Made by a program: the position numbers and the translations under genes
Shown: positions 15,290 through 24,701 of the stretch, piece by piece
How the letters are laid out: every line of letters starts with the position of its first letter
Position numbering within the stretch: the stretch's first letter is position 1
The notes under the pieces: model-generated
What the model was told of the DNA's origin: nothing
Database searches by the model: none
Seen by the model: only the letters and a program-made list of their open reading frames with translations
DNA from: an uncultured Gammaproteobacteria bacterium
GTDB lineage: Bacteria > Patescibacteriota > Patescibacteriia > 2-12-FULL-60-25
Assembly: GCA_964623645.1 (NCBI GenBank)
Contig: CAZURG010000002.1
Span: 8,041 to 72,040, forward strand
Length of the DNA stretch: 64,000 nt
Reading direction: 5' to 3'

Positions 15290-15598
15290 CTATTCGCCGC
15301 GCTTCCGAGGCGGTCCCCATTGCCAGCGAGGCTTCTCCCCGGTTCTGTAGCAGATGCGGATGAGGGCGATGGTCAAAAGTGAGACGGGCAAGAGAAAGGT
15401 GAATACGATCTCCCGTGGAGAGGATGTTTCGTCAATCGTTAAGCCGAACCCCGTCACGGCAACGATATAGACGAGGATGACGAGCCAGCCTTGCCATCTG
15501 GCGGGTGTCCAGCCCCAACCATACAGTTTCGCCTTAAACCAATAGTTGTTTGGGTTGTCTTTTAGGGAGGCGAGGTATTCTTTCAGCATATAAAGCAA
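15290..15598 (-). CDS. Small integral membrane protein
   Basis: 102 aa. It contains YGWGWTPARWQGWLVILVYIVAVTGF plus a second hydrophobic helix. Confidence 0.55.
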   Translation of the reverse strand: MLYMLKEYLASLKDNPNNYWFKAKLYGWGWTPARWQGWLVILVYIVAVTGFGLTIDETSSPREIVFTFLLPVSLLTIALIRICYRTGEKPRWQWGPPRKRGE

Positions 15599-15659
15599 GG
15601 ATAGGGGAGCGTGCGCAAAGGCGATAGCGTCAGAACGGGTTTCGCGTTAACATGAGGGC

Positions 15660-16142
15660 ATGAAAACATCCCTGGCTGATGTGGGCAAGCTGGCCCTTTG
15701 CGTCTTAACCTGTGAGCTCGCGGGCATCATCGGCTCATTTTTTTCGATTTCGGCCATTCCTGCGTGGTATTCCGGACTTGTGAAGCCCGCGCTGAATCCT
15801 CCGAGTTGGGTATTTGGTCCGGTTTGGACGATATTGTACGCCCTCATGGGAATTGCGGTCTTCCTCGTTTTGCGGCGAGGGTGGCGGCAGAAGGGGGTGA
15901 AGGTGGCGCTTGGCATTTTTGCTGCGCAGTTGCTAGCGAACGCCCTCTGGTCGATTCTTTTCTTTGGGATGCGGAATCCGCTGTACGCGCTGATCGATAT
16001 CCTTGTGCTTTGGGTCCTTGTTCTTGTAACGATCTTGGTATTTTATCGCCTCTCAAGGCCGGCGGCATACCTGTTATTGCCGTATATCGCTTGGGTAAGC
16101 TTTGCGACGTACTTGAATTACATGATCTATATCCTTAACTAA
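15660..16142 (+). CDS. tspO: TspO/MBR family tryptophan-rich sensory protein
   Basis: 160 aa with five hydrophobic helices. Family hallmarks: WYSGLVKPALNPPSWVFGPVWTILYALMG and ANALWSILFFG. Confidence 0.9.
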   Translation: MKTSLADVGKLALCVLTCELAGIIGSFFSISAIPAWYSGLVKPALNPPSWVFGPVWTILYALMGIAVFLVLRRGWRQKGVKVALGIFAAQLLANALWSILFFGMRNPLYALIDILVLWVLVLVTILVFYRLSRPAAYLLLPYIAWVSFATYLNYMIYILN

Positions 16143-16210
16143 TTGGGCAGTATCTATTAAAGGCGGATGCTTTTTGCTATCGTGACGTTAGAATAATCAA
16201 TAATACAAAT

Positions 16211-16660
16211 ATGGAACATATACACTACGCGATCCAGATCAACGCTCCTCAAAGAACGGTTTGGGACACGATGCTCGGCGAAGAAACGTACAAACAATGG
16301 GCATCCGTTTTCAATTCGGACGCTTCCGTGGAATCCTTCGTTGAAGGCGGCTGGGAAGAAGGGGACGACATTCGTTTTTTAGGTAAGGAAAAAGATGGCA
16401 CCGTTTCAGGCATGATCGGGAAAATACAAGTATCCAAGCCGGGTGAATTTATTTCTATCAAGTACTCGGGTGAAATCATGCAGGGCAAGGAAAGTACGTA
16501 TGGACCGGATGAGTTGTATTTCGAGAACTACACCTTCAAGGAAAAAGACGGCGGAACGGAATTGACGGTAGACATTGACGTTAAGGATGAATACAGGGAC
16601 ATGTTTAACGGCATGTGGCCAAAGGCCTTGGAAGCGTTAAAGCGGCTGGCGGAGAGATAA
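16211..16660 (+). CDS. SRPBCC-superfamily protein (AHSA1/START-like)
   Basis: 149 aa. IQINAPQRTVWDTMLGEETYKQWASVF and the size fit Aha1-like SRPBCC domains. Confidence 0.7.
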   Translation: MEHIHYAIQINAPQRTVWDTMLGEETYKQWASVFNSDASVESFVEGGWEEGDDIRFLGKEKDGTVSGMIGKIQVSKPGEFISIKYSGEIMQGKESTYGPDELYFENYTFKEKDGGTELTVDIDVKDEYRDMFNGMWPKALEALKRLAER

Positions 16661-16687
16661 AGGAGGTCCTGTCGCAAGAGGCGAAAG

Positions 16688-16747
16688 AAAAATCTCCGTC
16701 ATCTTTGCTTGACGGAGATTTTTCATCCCCCAAATGGGATTGGAACG
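16688..16747 (+). terminator. Terminator plus conserved 3' motif (copy B of the 14541-14598 repeat)
   Basis: aaaaatctccgtc-atctttgctt-gacggagattttt, then catcccccaaatgggattggaacg. It shares the stem sequence and the a-t-N-ccc-N-aaatggg-N-tt-N-ggaa-N-g tail with copy A. Confidence 0.6.
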
Positions 16748-16792
16748 GTTTTTCCGCATCCAAGCAGCCGTAGAAAAACCCAAGGCTTTCGC

Positions 16793-17755
16793 CTAAAGGA
16801 TGTCCCCATTCATCACCAGCCAGGCATCCTTCTCGCAGACGTCCCGACGGATGGCCGCCACATCATGCGTTTTCACCGTAAGGTAGGTGTTCTGTCTCGA
16901 CTTCGGCCTACGCAGATACCGTCTTCCCAAAAGCGTTCGCCAAAACGTGTTGTCCAGGACATGGAAGATCATGACTCGTGCGCCTCGCTCTGCGGCCAGG
17001 TTCTCGATCGCCGTGACGATCGTGCCCCATTCCTCCCGCTTGGCATTGGTGATGAGATCGTGTACGTAACAACGGTAGCCTGAAAATACGAGCACGGCAT
17101 ACCCACTCAGGCCCTCTTTTGCGAAGGAGTATGACTCATAAGCGGCACCCGGCTTATGAAGGTAGCGCCAAGTCAAATACGCGGCATCTTTTTCCACGTG
17201 TAAAAAGACGTCCGCCATTCCTTGGCGGGGCACGTCTAAAAAAGCGTCGGCACGCTTCAGGGGGAGTCCCGAGTGGGCGCTGCGTCGGCACCATCCATAG
17301 TATCGTGCGAAGCGTCCAACGATACGGTAGCCATAGGCGGAAGCGTGCTTGTCGACGTTTACCCCCGCATCGTTGGAAAAGCCGATACTGAGGGCTTTTC
17401 CCTGGAGCCGCACCTGTTCATAGACACGTTCCGCTAACAAAGAGATCAATCCGCGCCGACGATGGTGGCGGTGGGTGGCCATATCGATGCAGACGCTCGC
17501 CGACAGGCGTGTTTCCCCCTGTCGTATCTTGGTGGGGATGTTCGTGTATTGCGCGACCACCTGGTCCGCCTCATTGAGCGCGAGATACGTCACGCCTTGC
17601 CCTTCGAACGAGGGGGAAAAGAATTTCCAGCGGATGAGGGCTTCTTTCTGCGTGGTGCGGAGAACGAAGGCATCATCGAGGAGCTGGATGAGCTGCGGCA
17701 GGTACCGCGGCGTATAGGGGATGGTCTTATACGGCATAGGGGTTCGCGTCCTCAC
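16793..17755 (-). CDS. GNAT-family N-acetyltransferase
   Basis: 320 aa. DMATHRHHRRRGLISLLAERV fits the acetyl-CoA-binding motif A (R-x-x-G-x-G/A-like). The start may instead be the ATG at 17737. Confidence 0.6.
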   Translation of the reverse strand: MRTRTPMPYKTIPYTPRYLPQLIQLLDDAFVLRTTQKEALIRWKFFSPSFEGQGVTYLALNEADQVVAQYTNIPTKIRQGETRLSASVCIDMATHRHHRRRGLISLLAERVYEQVRLQGKALSIGFSNDAGVNVDKHASAYGYRIVGRFARYYGWCRRSAHSGLPLKRADAFLDVPRQGMADVFLHVEKDAAYLTWRYLHKPGAAYESYSFAKEGLSGYAVLVFSGYRCYVHDLITNAKREEWGTIVTAIENLAAERGARVMIFHVLDNTFWRTLLGRRYLRRPKSRQNTYLTVKTHDVAAIRRDVCEKDAWLVMNGDIL

Positions 17756-18845
17756 CGAGAGAAGGGGCGGGCTGGAAGCTCATTTGGTCCGCCGCCGAAA
17801 AAGAGATGCTGCTTCCGGGGACGACACAGGTCCCGACGTGCGGAATCGCGTATGCGACCAGCCTGCCGGTCCCATAATGGCGTTCCTCGGCGTAGACGTC
17901 GGCCATGCTGTTCACGCGGGAGCAGGGGATGCCTAGCCGTGAAAGGGCCTCCACCAACGCACTTGTCTTCTGTGCGGAAAAGACCTCTTCAAGAAGTGAT
18001 GTGAGCTCTTGGCTGTGTTTCAGGCGGGATTGGTTAGTGCGGAACCGTTCGGCGCTGAAGGTCCGGTGTTTGGCCAGGAAGCTTGCCAGGGTTTCCCAGA
18101 GCGGATCATTCCCGACCGCGATGGCGATGGCGCCGTCTTGGGTCTTGTACGTGCCAAACGGAGCGATCTGGTTGTCCTGGTGGCCCGTTCGGACGGGGTT
18201 TTGCTTATGCAGCGAATAGTCCACGAGATTGCTCTCTAGGAGGTTCATTGCGCAACCAAGCATGGAAACGTCAATGAACTGGCCTTTCCCTGTTCGTTCG
18301 CGATAAAATAAGGCGCTTGAAATCGCGAAGGCCAGCGTCATGCCCGAAAACGCATCCACGACCGGTGGCCCGATCTTGAGCGGTTCATCCGCGAAGCCGT
18401 TCAACGACATCAGTCCGGATTCCGCTTGCGCGATCACGTCATAATACTTGCGCGGATCCGCTTGGCCGTGGCCGGAGAGCGAGGCGTAGATCAGCCGTGG
18501 GTTTCGCGTTCGGACGGTTTCGAAATCAATTTTCAACGCATGCTTCGTCCGTGGGGCCATGTTCTCGACGACGATATCCGCTTGTTCGCATAGCCCATAA
18601 AATGCTTCCAGGTCGGAAGGGTCGGAGAGATCCAGGAGAAGGCCTTTTTTGTTCCGGTTCAGGACCTCGTAGTAGCCGCTCCATCCATGGGAGAGCGGTG
18701 GAAAGTGCCTTGCGTCATCAAAATGCGTCCGGCTCTCGATCTTTAGGACTTCTGCCCCGTAATCGGCGAACATCCTGGTCGCCAGCGGCCCGCTGAGGAC
18801 TTTCGTGAGGTCCAGGATGCGAATCCCGTCAAAAAGAGAAGGCAT
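17727..18845 (-). CDS. CoA-transferase family III (CaiB/BaiF-type)
   Basis: 372 aa. The N-terminus GIRILDLTKVLSGPLATRMFADYGAEVLKIE is the family signature. Confidence 0.9.
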   Translation of the reverse strand: MPSLFDGIRILDLTKVLSGPLATRMFADYGAEVLKIESRTHFDDARHFPPLSHGWSGYYEVLNRNKKGLLLDLSDPSDLEAFYGLCEQADIVVENMAPRTKHALKIDFETVRTRNPRLIYASLSGHGQADPRKYYDVIAQAESGLMSLNGFADEPLKIGPPVVDAFSGMTLAFAISSALFYRERTGKGQFIDVSMLGCAMNLLESNLVDYSLHKQNPVRTGHQDNQIAPFGTYKTQDGAIAIAVGNDPLWETLASFLAKHRTFSAERFRTNQSRLKHSQELTSLLEEVFSAQKTSALVEALSRLGIPCSRVNSMADVYAEERHYGTGRLVAYAIPHVGTCVVPGSSISFSAADQMSFQPAPSLGEDANPYAV

Positions 18846-18933
18846 ACGAAAAATGATGGCCTTATCCTACGCTTGGAGAGGTTCGCTGTATACATTCGAA
18901 CTGATATACTGCGGACAGATCAAGCATCTTCCT

Positions 18934-19329
18934 ATGCCCACCGACATTACCCTCTACAACGCCGCTCAGCCAACCCCCTACAAGAAAACCTGCAAGAAGC
19001 TCATGGAAATCATCACCCAAGAGCTCAAAAAAGCCGACAGCAAGCTCTGGCACGGCAGTCCCGTCTGGTTCCTTGAGGGGAATCCGATCGTTGGGTATAG
19101 CGTCCGTAAGCGCGGTGTACAGTTGCTCTTTTGGAGCGGCCAATCATTCGTCAAGAGCGGGTTAACGCCCGAAGGCTCCTTCAAGGCCGCCGAAAGGTCC
19201 TATGCGGAAGGCGAGGAAATAAAGGTCACCGAACTGCGCGCCTGGTTGAAACAGGCCAAGCATATCCAGTGGGATTACAAGAATATCGTGAAGCGGAGAG
19301 GGGTACTCGTGAAGGTGGGTTCCTGGTAG
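18934..19329 (+). CDS. DUF1801 (YdhG-like) domain protein
   Basis: I use the internal ATG at 18934 (MPTDITLYN). LWHGSPVWFLEGNPIVGYSVRKRGVQLLFWSGQSF is the typical pattern. Confidence 0.65.
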   Translation: MPTDITLYNAAQPTPYKKTCKKLMEIITQELKKADSKLWHGSPVWFLEGNPIVGYSVRKRGVQLLFWSGQSFVKSGLTPEGSFKAAERSYAEGEEIKVTELRAWLKQAKHIQWDYKNIVKRRGVLVKVGSW

Positions 19330-19433
19330 CTCGCGACGGATCGATGGCGGTGGGGATTCGCGTGACGTTTACCGCACGCCTTCCGCGTGTGATCATGGAC
19401 GAAGAGCGCCCTTAACGCCTTTATCCCACCCAT

Positions 19434-19829
19434 ATGAACGGATACGTTGCCAACATCGAAGAGCTTTCTCTGAAAAACGAACATTTTCGGGCGGTCTTGT
19501 ATACGGATAAAAAATGTCAGCTGGTAGTGATGTCCTTGCGTGGAAAAGAGGAGATCGGCGAGGAGGTGCATGACGTGGACCAGTTCATCCGCGTCGAGGC
19601 GGGGGACGGGACGGCGATCTTGAACGGGCAGGACCACGACCTGCATGACGGGAGCGTGGTGGTCGTCCCCGCGGGGACGAAGCATAACATCATCAACGCA
19701 GGCGATGGAGAGATGAAGCTCTACACCCTGTACATGCCTCCTCACCACCGCGATGGTGTCGTCCATGCGACCAAGGCCGAGGCGGAAGCGGACACGACGG
19801 ACGAATTCCATGGGGAAACGACGGAATAG
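19434..19829 (+). CDS. Cupin-domain protein
   Basis: 131 aa. GEEVHDVDQFIRVEAGDG...GSVVVVPAGTKHNIINAG covers cupin motifs 1 and 2. Confidence 0.8.
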   Translation: MNGYVANIEELSLKNEHFRAVLYTDKKCQLVVMSLRGKEEIGEEVHDVDQFIRVEAGDGTAILNGQDHDLHDGSVVVVPAGTKHNIINAGDGEMKLYTLYMPPHHRDGVVHATKAEAEADTTDEFHGETTE

Positions 19830-19838
19830 GCGACTCTT

Positions 19839-20243
19839 ATGATCCTTGAACCCGTGCCTATGAGCTCTTCCGGGTATATCCCCGGCACCTGTAACATCGG
19901 GAAGGCCGAAATCATTCAGCGGAAACAAGTCGGTTGGGCGGGCTTGGTCGTTACCGCCCTGCTGTGGGCGCTCCTTTTCTCTGTGCAGGCCGCTCCCGCG
20001 TGGTTTCTGTTCCTTTTCTTGCCGGCAACGCTCTCCGCCGTCGGCTTCATCCAGGCGTTCAGTCATTTCTGTGTCGCCTTTGGCATGAAGGGGCTTTTCA
20101 ACGTGAGTCCAGAGCTGCGCAAGATGGAAAGCGTCGCACAGGCTGAATTTAGGGGGCAGGATAAGAAGAAGGCGATTCGGATCCTCCTGTGCTCATTCGC
20201 GGTTGGGGCGACCGTCGCGCTGGCCGCCTATTTCCTCCGCTGA
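19839..20243 (+). CDS. Membrane protein, hypothetical
   Basis: 134 aa with 3 hydrophobic helices. It follows the cupin gene by 9 nt. Confidence 0.55.
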   Translation: MILEPVPMSSSGYIPGTCNIGKAEIIQRKQVGWAGLVVTALLWALLFSVQAAPAWFLFLFLPATLSAVGFIQAFSHFCVAFGMKGLFNVSPELRKMESVAQAEFRGQDKKKAIRILLCSFAVGATVALAAYFLR

Positions 20244-20253
20244 TTCGCCAAGT

Positions 20254-20607
20254 ATGCCAAAACACCGCATCTACACCACCAGCTTTGCCAGCGTCTACCC
20301 TCTTTACCTTGCCAAGGCAGAGAAAAAAGGTCGAACGAAAGCCGAGGTCGATGAGATCATCCGTTGGCTGATGGGATACACCCAAAAAAGCTTGGAAGCG
20401 CAGCTCAAGATGCGGACGGATATCGAAACCTTCATTGCTGATGCCCCTCAGCTGAATCCTGCGCGTAAATTGATCACGGGCGTCATCTGCGGCATCCGAG
20501 TGGAAGAGATCAAGGAGATGACGATGCGGGAGATCCGTTATCTCGACAAGCTGATTGACGAGTTGGCGAAAGGCAGGGCGATGGAAAAAATCTTGCGGAA
20601 GCCGTGA
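20254..20607 (+). CDS. DUF2200 domain protein
   Basis: ATG at 20254 ([36 protein letters not shown]...[23 protein letters not shown]). It matches the DUF2200 consensus as I recall it almost end to end. Confidence 0.8.
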   Translation: MPKHRIYTTSFASVYPLYLAKAEKKGRTKAEVDEIIRWLMGYTQKSLEAQLKMRTDIETFIADAPQLNPARKLITGVICGIRVEEIKEMTMREIRYLDKLIDELAKGRAMEKILRKP

Positions 20608-20714
20608 GGCTTGAGGGGCGCGTTTCAGCGCAGGGAAGAAAAAAAGCGCATTCATTGAGGCGTCACGATGGTTCGTGTTGCATCATTGAATGCGTCAGTG
20701 TCCCTCCGTGCGTC

Positions 20715-21581
20715 TCAGTCCGTGCACGCCTCGCAGCGTGCGCTGGCCGCACTCTTCCCGTTGAAGGAGGCCCCGCAGAAGATGCAGTGGCGGCCTTCCA
20801 GGGGTAGGGGGCCGCGCCGCGCCGCGCACTTCAGGCAGAGGTTTTCGGACGGCCTGTTGAAACGGCGTCGCACGCCGCTCGCTCCGCAGGCGATGCAGTG
20901 TCGGGGCACGCGTTTTACCTTTGCCGCTTTGGCGCGTGCCGCCGTCTCTTGCGTTTGGCGCACGAGCGCCGCGCGGACGGTCCAGGCTGCGCTCGTGCGC
21001 CAGAACGTTCCGTATTCGCCGGTGAAGACGTCCTGCATCGCGAGGAACGGTTGTACCCGCGCGATGAGCGCTACTACCTGCCGGAGGCTGAACGGCTCGT
21101 CCGAGCGGATGAAGCAGGCGGGGGACAGGAATCCCTCCGGCGGATGATACACGACCTCCATCTGGAGCCGACCCTCGTACGTGTACGGCGGGCACTGGAG
21201 GGCGCGTGACAGGTCCGTCGCGCACAGCCTGAGGCGTTGGGCGTCAATCGCGACGACGGCGCCGACGATCTCCTCGGCGTGCAGCGTTGGCGAAGAGTCC
21301 TCGTAACGGTAGCGGATGATGGCGCCGGGACGCGCACCCGTTGCCTTGATGAGGCTCGCCATGCGCGCGAGGACCCGGAGCTTGCGTTCGCTCGCGGATC
21401 CCACGGAGAGCGCGGCTTGTGCCACTTCGGATGCGACGTGGAGCATTCCGTGCCCCTCCTGCTGCTCGCGCAGCTGGGCGTGGTCGATCAGATCGCGGAC
21501 CTCGGACCCGCCGAGCCCGGCGTTGACGTCGATCCCGAGCGCTTGCGCGTAGGCCAGCTGCTTGCGGGTTGCCTTTTTCAT
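20715..21581 (-). CDS. Hypothetical protein with C-terminal zinc ribbons
   Basis: I prefer the ATG at 21581 (MKKATRKQLAYAQALGIDV). The C-terminus carries CIACG...CLKC and CIFCG...CEAC pairs. Confidence 0.5.
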   Translation of the reverse strand: MKKATRKQLAYAQALGIDVNAGLGGSEVRDLIDHAQLREQQEGHGMLHVASEVAQAALSVGSASERKLRVLARMASLIKATGARPGAIIRYRYEDSSPTLHAEEIVGAVVAIDAQRLRLCATDLSRALQCPPYTYEGRLQMEVVYHPPEGFLSPACFIRSDEPFSLRQVVALIARVQPFLAMQDVFTGEYGTFWRTSAAWTVRAALVRQTQETAARAKAAKVKRVPRHCIACGASGVRRRFNRPSENLCLKCAARRGPLPLEGRHCIFCGASFNGKSAASARCEACTD

Positions 21582-21743
21582 AGCGATTCCTTTTTCCCTT
21601 GCTGCAGAGCGGCTTATCCGCCTCCGTTTATGCGGCATCGGTGCCGATAAAGGGGTAAGTTAAGATAGCTGAACAAGTGGAACACGTCAAGGGGGGGTCT
21701 TCTTTCGATTGCGGGAGCCCGACGCTCAAAAGCCTCGTATCCC

Positions 21744-21772
21744 TTGACGGAAGCGGATCTTTTTGCTAAGCT
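21744..21772 (+). promoter_or_regulatory. Sigma70-like promoter with extended -10
   Basis: TTGACG, 17-nt spacer ending in TGC, then TAAGCT. It lies upstream of the 21894 gene. Confidence 0.4.
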
Positions 21773-21893
21773 CAGGAGCCTCTTAAGGCTCCTGTGGCAT
21801 GCCTCTGTCGTGCTTCATGAGCTGTTCACGAGCGCCTGTATGGATTTCCCCATCCACGCTTTCCGTCATCCCTCGTGAGCGGTCCAGTGCCCC

Positions 21894-22712
21894 GTGAAAG
21901 GATTGCCCTCCGCCTTGATCGTGTTCGCCCTCTTCTTCCTCGGCTGCGCCGATCCCGATGACCATCCTCGGCAGGCGGCGCAGGCGGGTGGGTCGGTCGT
22001 TTCCATCCCGTCCCCCATCGGTCTCCCGTCCGTCGACCGCTGCCAGCGCGGGGACGATCGGCTCGTCCTCGTCGGCATCAGCTTCAGCTGCCCCAACTGC
22101 CAGTATGGAGGGAGCGTGCCTCCGGAGACGCGCCCCTCCCCGAGTCTCAGTACGGAGGCGGCTGGGCCGTGGGCTCCCCAGCTCATTCGAGCGCCCGCTG
22201 GCCCTTACTACTGGGAATACCGTCACCTCCAGGTCAGTGCCTGGATCGCCACGGTCGAAGCCGTCTGGTCCTCTCTCCATCCGGCGGATGGGGGAGCGCT
22301 CAGCAACTTCCGTTACCCGACTCCCAGCCTCGGCTGGCTGCTCGAGCCCAACCCGCTCTGGATGCGGTGGAAGACGGGGCGGGACGACTCCTTCGTTACC
22401 GACCGCTTCGACAGCGCGGGTCGTATGCTCTACGGCGACGGTACCATCAGCTGGGGCTCCGCCAACATGGTGCGTGGTGGCTACCGCCCCCCCGATTTGC
22501 CGGAGGGCATCTGGTACGAGCGCTGGCTTCTGCTCTGTCGTGATGGCGGGATCGCCCCCACGGACGCCTTGCCCTACCTCGATATGCACCTGTGGCCCGA
22601 GCGGCTGACGCACCAGGTCACCATCCGTCGGCACGCTTCTGGCGGCGGGTGCCCGCGCGTCACGTACAGCTGCGTCGAGCAGCTCGTCCCCGTCAGTATT
22701 CGGGTTCACTGA
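21894..22712 (+). CDS. Secreted lipoprotein, hypothetical
   Basis: GTG start. Signal peptide plus lipobox: MKGLPSALIVFALFFLGC. The W/Y-rich mature part looks protein-like. The antisense 308-aa ORF is R/G/P/A-rich and was rejected. Confidence 0.55.
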   Translation: MKGLPSALIVFALFFLGCADPDDHPRQAAQAGGSVVSIPSPIGLPSVDRCQRGDDRLVLVGISFSCPNCQYGGSVPPETRPSPSLSTEAAGPWAPQLIRAPAGPYYWEYRHLQVSAWIATVEAVWSSLHPADGGALSNFRYPTPSLGWLLEPNPLWMRWKTGRDDSFVTDRFDSAGRMLYGDGTISWGSANMVRGGYRPPDLPEGIWYERWLLLCRDGGIAPTDALPYLDMHLWPERLTHQVTIRRHASGGGCPRVTYSCVEQLVPVSIRVH

Positions 22713-22850
22713 AGAACCCCTCTCGCCTCTCGGGAGGGCGCCACATCACAAGGTGATGGCGCCTTTCCGCGGAGGCGTCTTTTTTGTTCCATGCGCCGCT
22801 ATCTCTTTGGTCCTCTCGCCTTCCGATTTCACATCGGCTATCCTATTCGC

Positions 22851-23522
22851 ATGCCTGAACGCGGATTGTCTCCAAACAATGCACCTGATCGCTGGCCAGA
22901 GGACCCGCCTTTCTCCTTCGTATTGGATCAAGATGTGCGTGGCAAATACCGCGCCGACGTGGTCGTCCACGGGAAGCGGCTGATGCTCGCTTGCTTGGAA
23001 GGGATGCCCGTATACGAGGTGTTCTTCCCGGAGCTCGTCTTGGATGACTCTGCCCACGAGCGGGGAATCTGGGACTATTCCCTCCGCCTTTCGGGGAACG
23101 GGGATTTCTCGGTCGAAATCTTCGAGGAAGCCGTCCGGCTCGCTGCGAAGACGGATTCCCTCCAGGACCTCTATCTCGCGACGGCGAAGTATGTGGATAC
23201 GGCTCTTCGTGAGGAGGGTGAACGGGAGTTTCTTGCCGGGCGGAAGATCCTGGATGACCAGCCCATTTCCGCCGAGCGGCAGGTCAATGGAATGCGTCTC
23301 GCCTTTGCCTGGGATCCGGCACGGGCCGAATATGTCCTTAGGCTCCCGCCGCTTGTCCAGGATGACGTGTGGGGGACCCTTGACCATCTTGTGCCCATCG
23401 GACGTGATCCGGAGGATGCGCGTGACGCCTTCTCTTTCGCACTTGAGGTGGCGGCGCGGGTTGCTGATCCGGAGGCGGTTGTCCGTGCGGTGTCGGCATA
23501 TGTCCGTCCGGCTGGGTCTTGA
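22851..23522 (+). CDS. Hypothetical protein
   Basis: ATG at 22851 (MPERGLS). The composition is balanced, unlike the antisense ORF 22746-23654. Confidence 0.5.
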   Translation: MPERGLSPNNAPDRWPEDPPFSFVLDQDVRGKYRADVVVHGKRLMLACLEGMPVYEVFFPELVLDDSAHERGIWDYSLRLSGNGDFSVEIFEEAVRLAAKTDSLQDLYLATAKYVDTALREEGEREFLAGRKILDDQPISAERQVNGMRLAFAWDPARAEYVLRLPPLVQDDVWGTLDHLVPIGRDPEDARDAFSFALEVAARVADPEAVVRAVSAYVRPAGS

Positions 23523-23571
23523 TGCTTGATTTTTCCCTAAGTCTAGCCTTGTTATAGGCTTGTTTTGTTGC

Positions 23572-23600
23572 TTGACAACCGGCTCCATTTCTGCTAGAAT
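23572..23600 (+). promoter_or_regulatory. Near-consensus sigma70 promoter with extended -10
   Basis: TTGACA (23572-23577), 17-nt spacer ending in TGC, TAGAAT (23595-23600). Confidence 0.55.
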
Positions 23601-23674
23601 AGGCCGTCTCTCAAAAAAGAGGCAAGCTGTCCGGGACCCTCCCGGATGGTTCATGTCGGAGAAGGAGTCGGTTC

Positions 23675-24676
23675 ATGAAGAAGAGCAACAACGCCTTGAA
23701 GGTCCTGCTCGTGTCGGCCGTGCTGGCCGTGTCCGCGTGGCTCGGCGCCGGTTGCGACGGCGATCAGAGGACTAACGTCCAGCAGTCCAACTACCTGCTG
23801 GACGCGGAGAGCTTCGATCTCGCGGCCGTCGTCACGCTGATCCGTGACGGCCACGTCACCGATGCTTCGACCCTGCAGGAGCGGATCAACGACCGCAACT
23901 CGGGGATCAATGCGGTCGACACCGACCAGGACCAGCAGGTCGACTTCATCCGGGTCGTCGAGACGCAGGCCAACGACGCGCGCAGCTACGAGTTCGTGGC
24001 GCACCCGTCCGGGAACCCCAACGGTGACACGGTCACCGTGGCCACCGCCCGGTTCACGCGCGAGAACGGGTCGTACGTGGTGAACGCCGGGTACCCGAAC
24101 TACGTGTACGGGTACGACAATCACTACTACCACCACGTCCTCCACGACGCGGCATTCCTCACGTGGGCCTACGCCTACCACCCGGTGTACGTGATGCCGT
24201 TCAGCTCGTTCCACTACGTGCCGTACCGGGTCTACGCGCCGTCCGTTCTCATGTCGACGCGCAACGCGTACCGGACCCAGTACCGCGTCAGCCCCGTGGC
24301 CGCCATCGCCCGCCCCGCCAACACGCCGATCATGCGCTCCGGCGGCTATCAGGTGCCCTCGTCCCTGCGCTCGCGCATGGTGTCGGCGCCCGCCAACAGC
24401 CGGCTCGCGGCGCGCTCCGGGACGGTCACCCCCTTCAGCGCGTCGTCGCCCAACGTCAACGCGCGCCGCGCGACGGGGGTGGGCAGCTCGTCCGGTTCGT
24501 CCGGCTCGTGGTTCCGGCCGTCCTCGTCCGCACGTTCCACGCCCACCGCCTCGGCGCCCCCGCGTTCCAGCACGGGTTCGTGGTTCCGCAGCAGCAGCGG
24601 CTTGGGTTCCAGCTCCAGTCGTTCGGGTGGTTCCAGCCGCGGCTTCGGCGGTGGCAGCATCGGGCGGCGTCGCTGA
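23675..24676 (+). CDS. Lipoprotein with a Ser/Arg/Gly-rich low-complexity tail
   Basis: 333 aa. Shine-Dalgarno ggagaaggag upstream. Lipobox: LAVSAWLGAGC. The tail carries two GSWFR(P/S)SS repeats and ends GGGSIGRRR. Codon third positions are very GC-rich. Confidence 0.6.
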   Translation: MKKSNNALKVLLVSAVLAVSAWLGAGCDGDQRTNVQQSNYLLDAESFDLAAVVTLIRDGHVTDASTLQERINDRNSGINAVDTDQDQQVDFIRVVETQANDARSYEFVAHPSGNPNGDTVTVATARFTRENGSYVVNAGYPNYVYGYDNHYYHHVLHDAAFLTWAYAYHPVYVMPFSSFHYVPYRVYAPSVLMSTRNAYRTQYRVSPVAAIARPANTPIMRSGGYQVPSSLRSRMVSAPANSRLAARSGTVTPFSASSPNVNARRATGVGSSSGSSGSWFRPSSSARSTPTASAPPRSSTGSWFRSSSGLGSSSSRSGGSSRGFGGGSIGRRR

Positions 24677-24701
24677 GCGGAACAGGAAAAAGGAGACGTC
24701 C

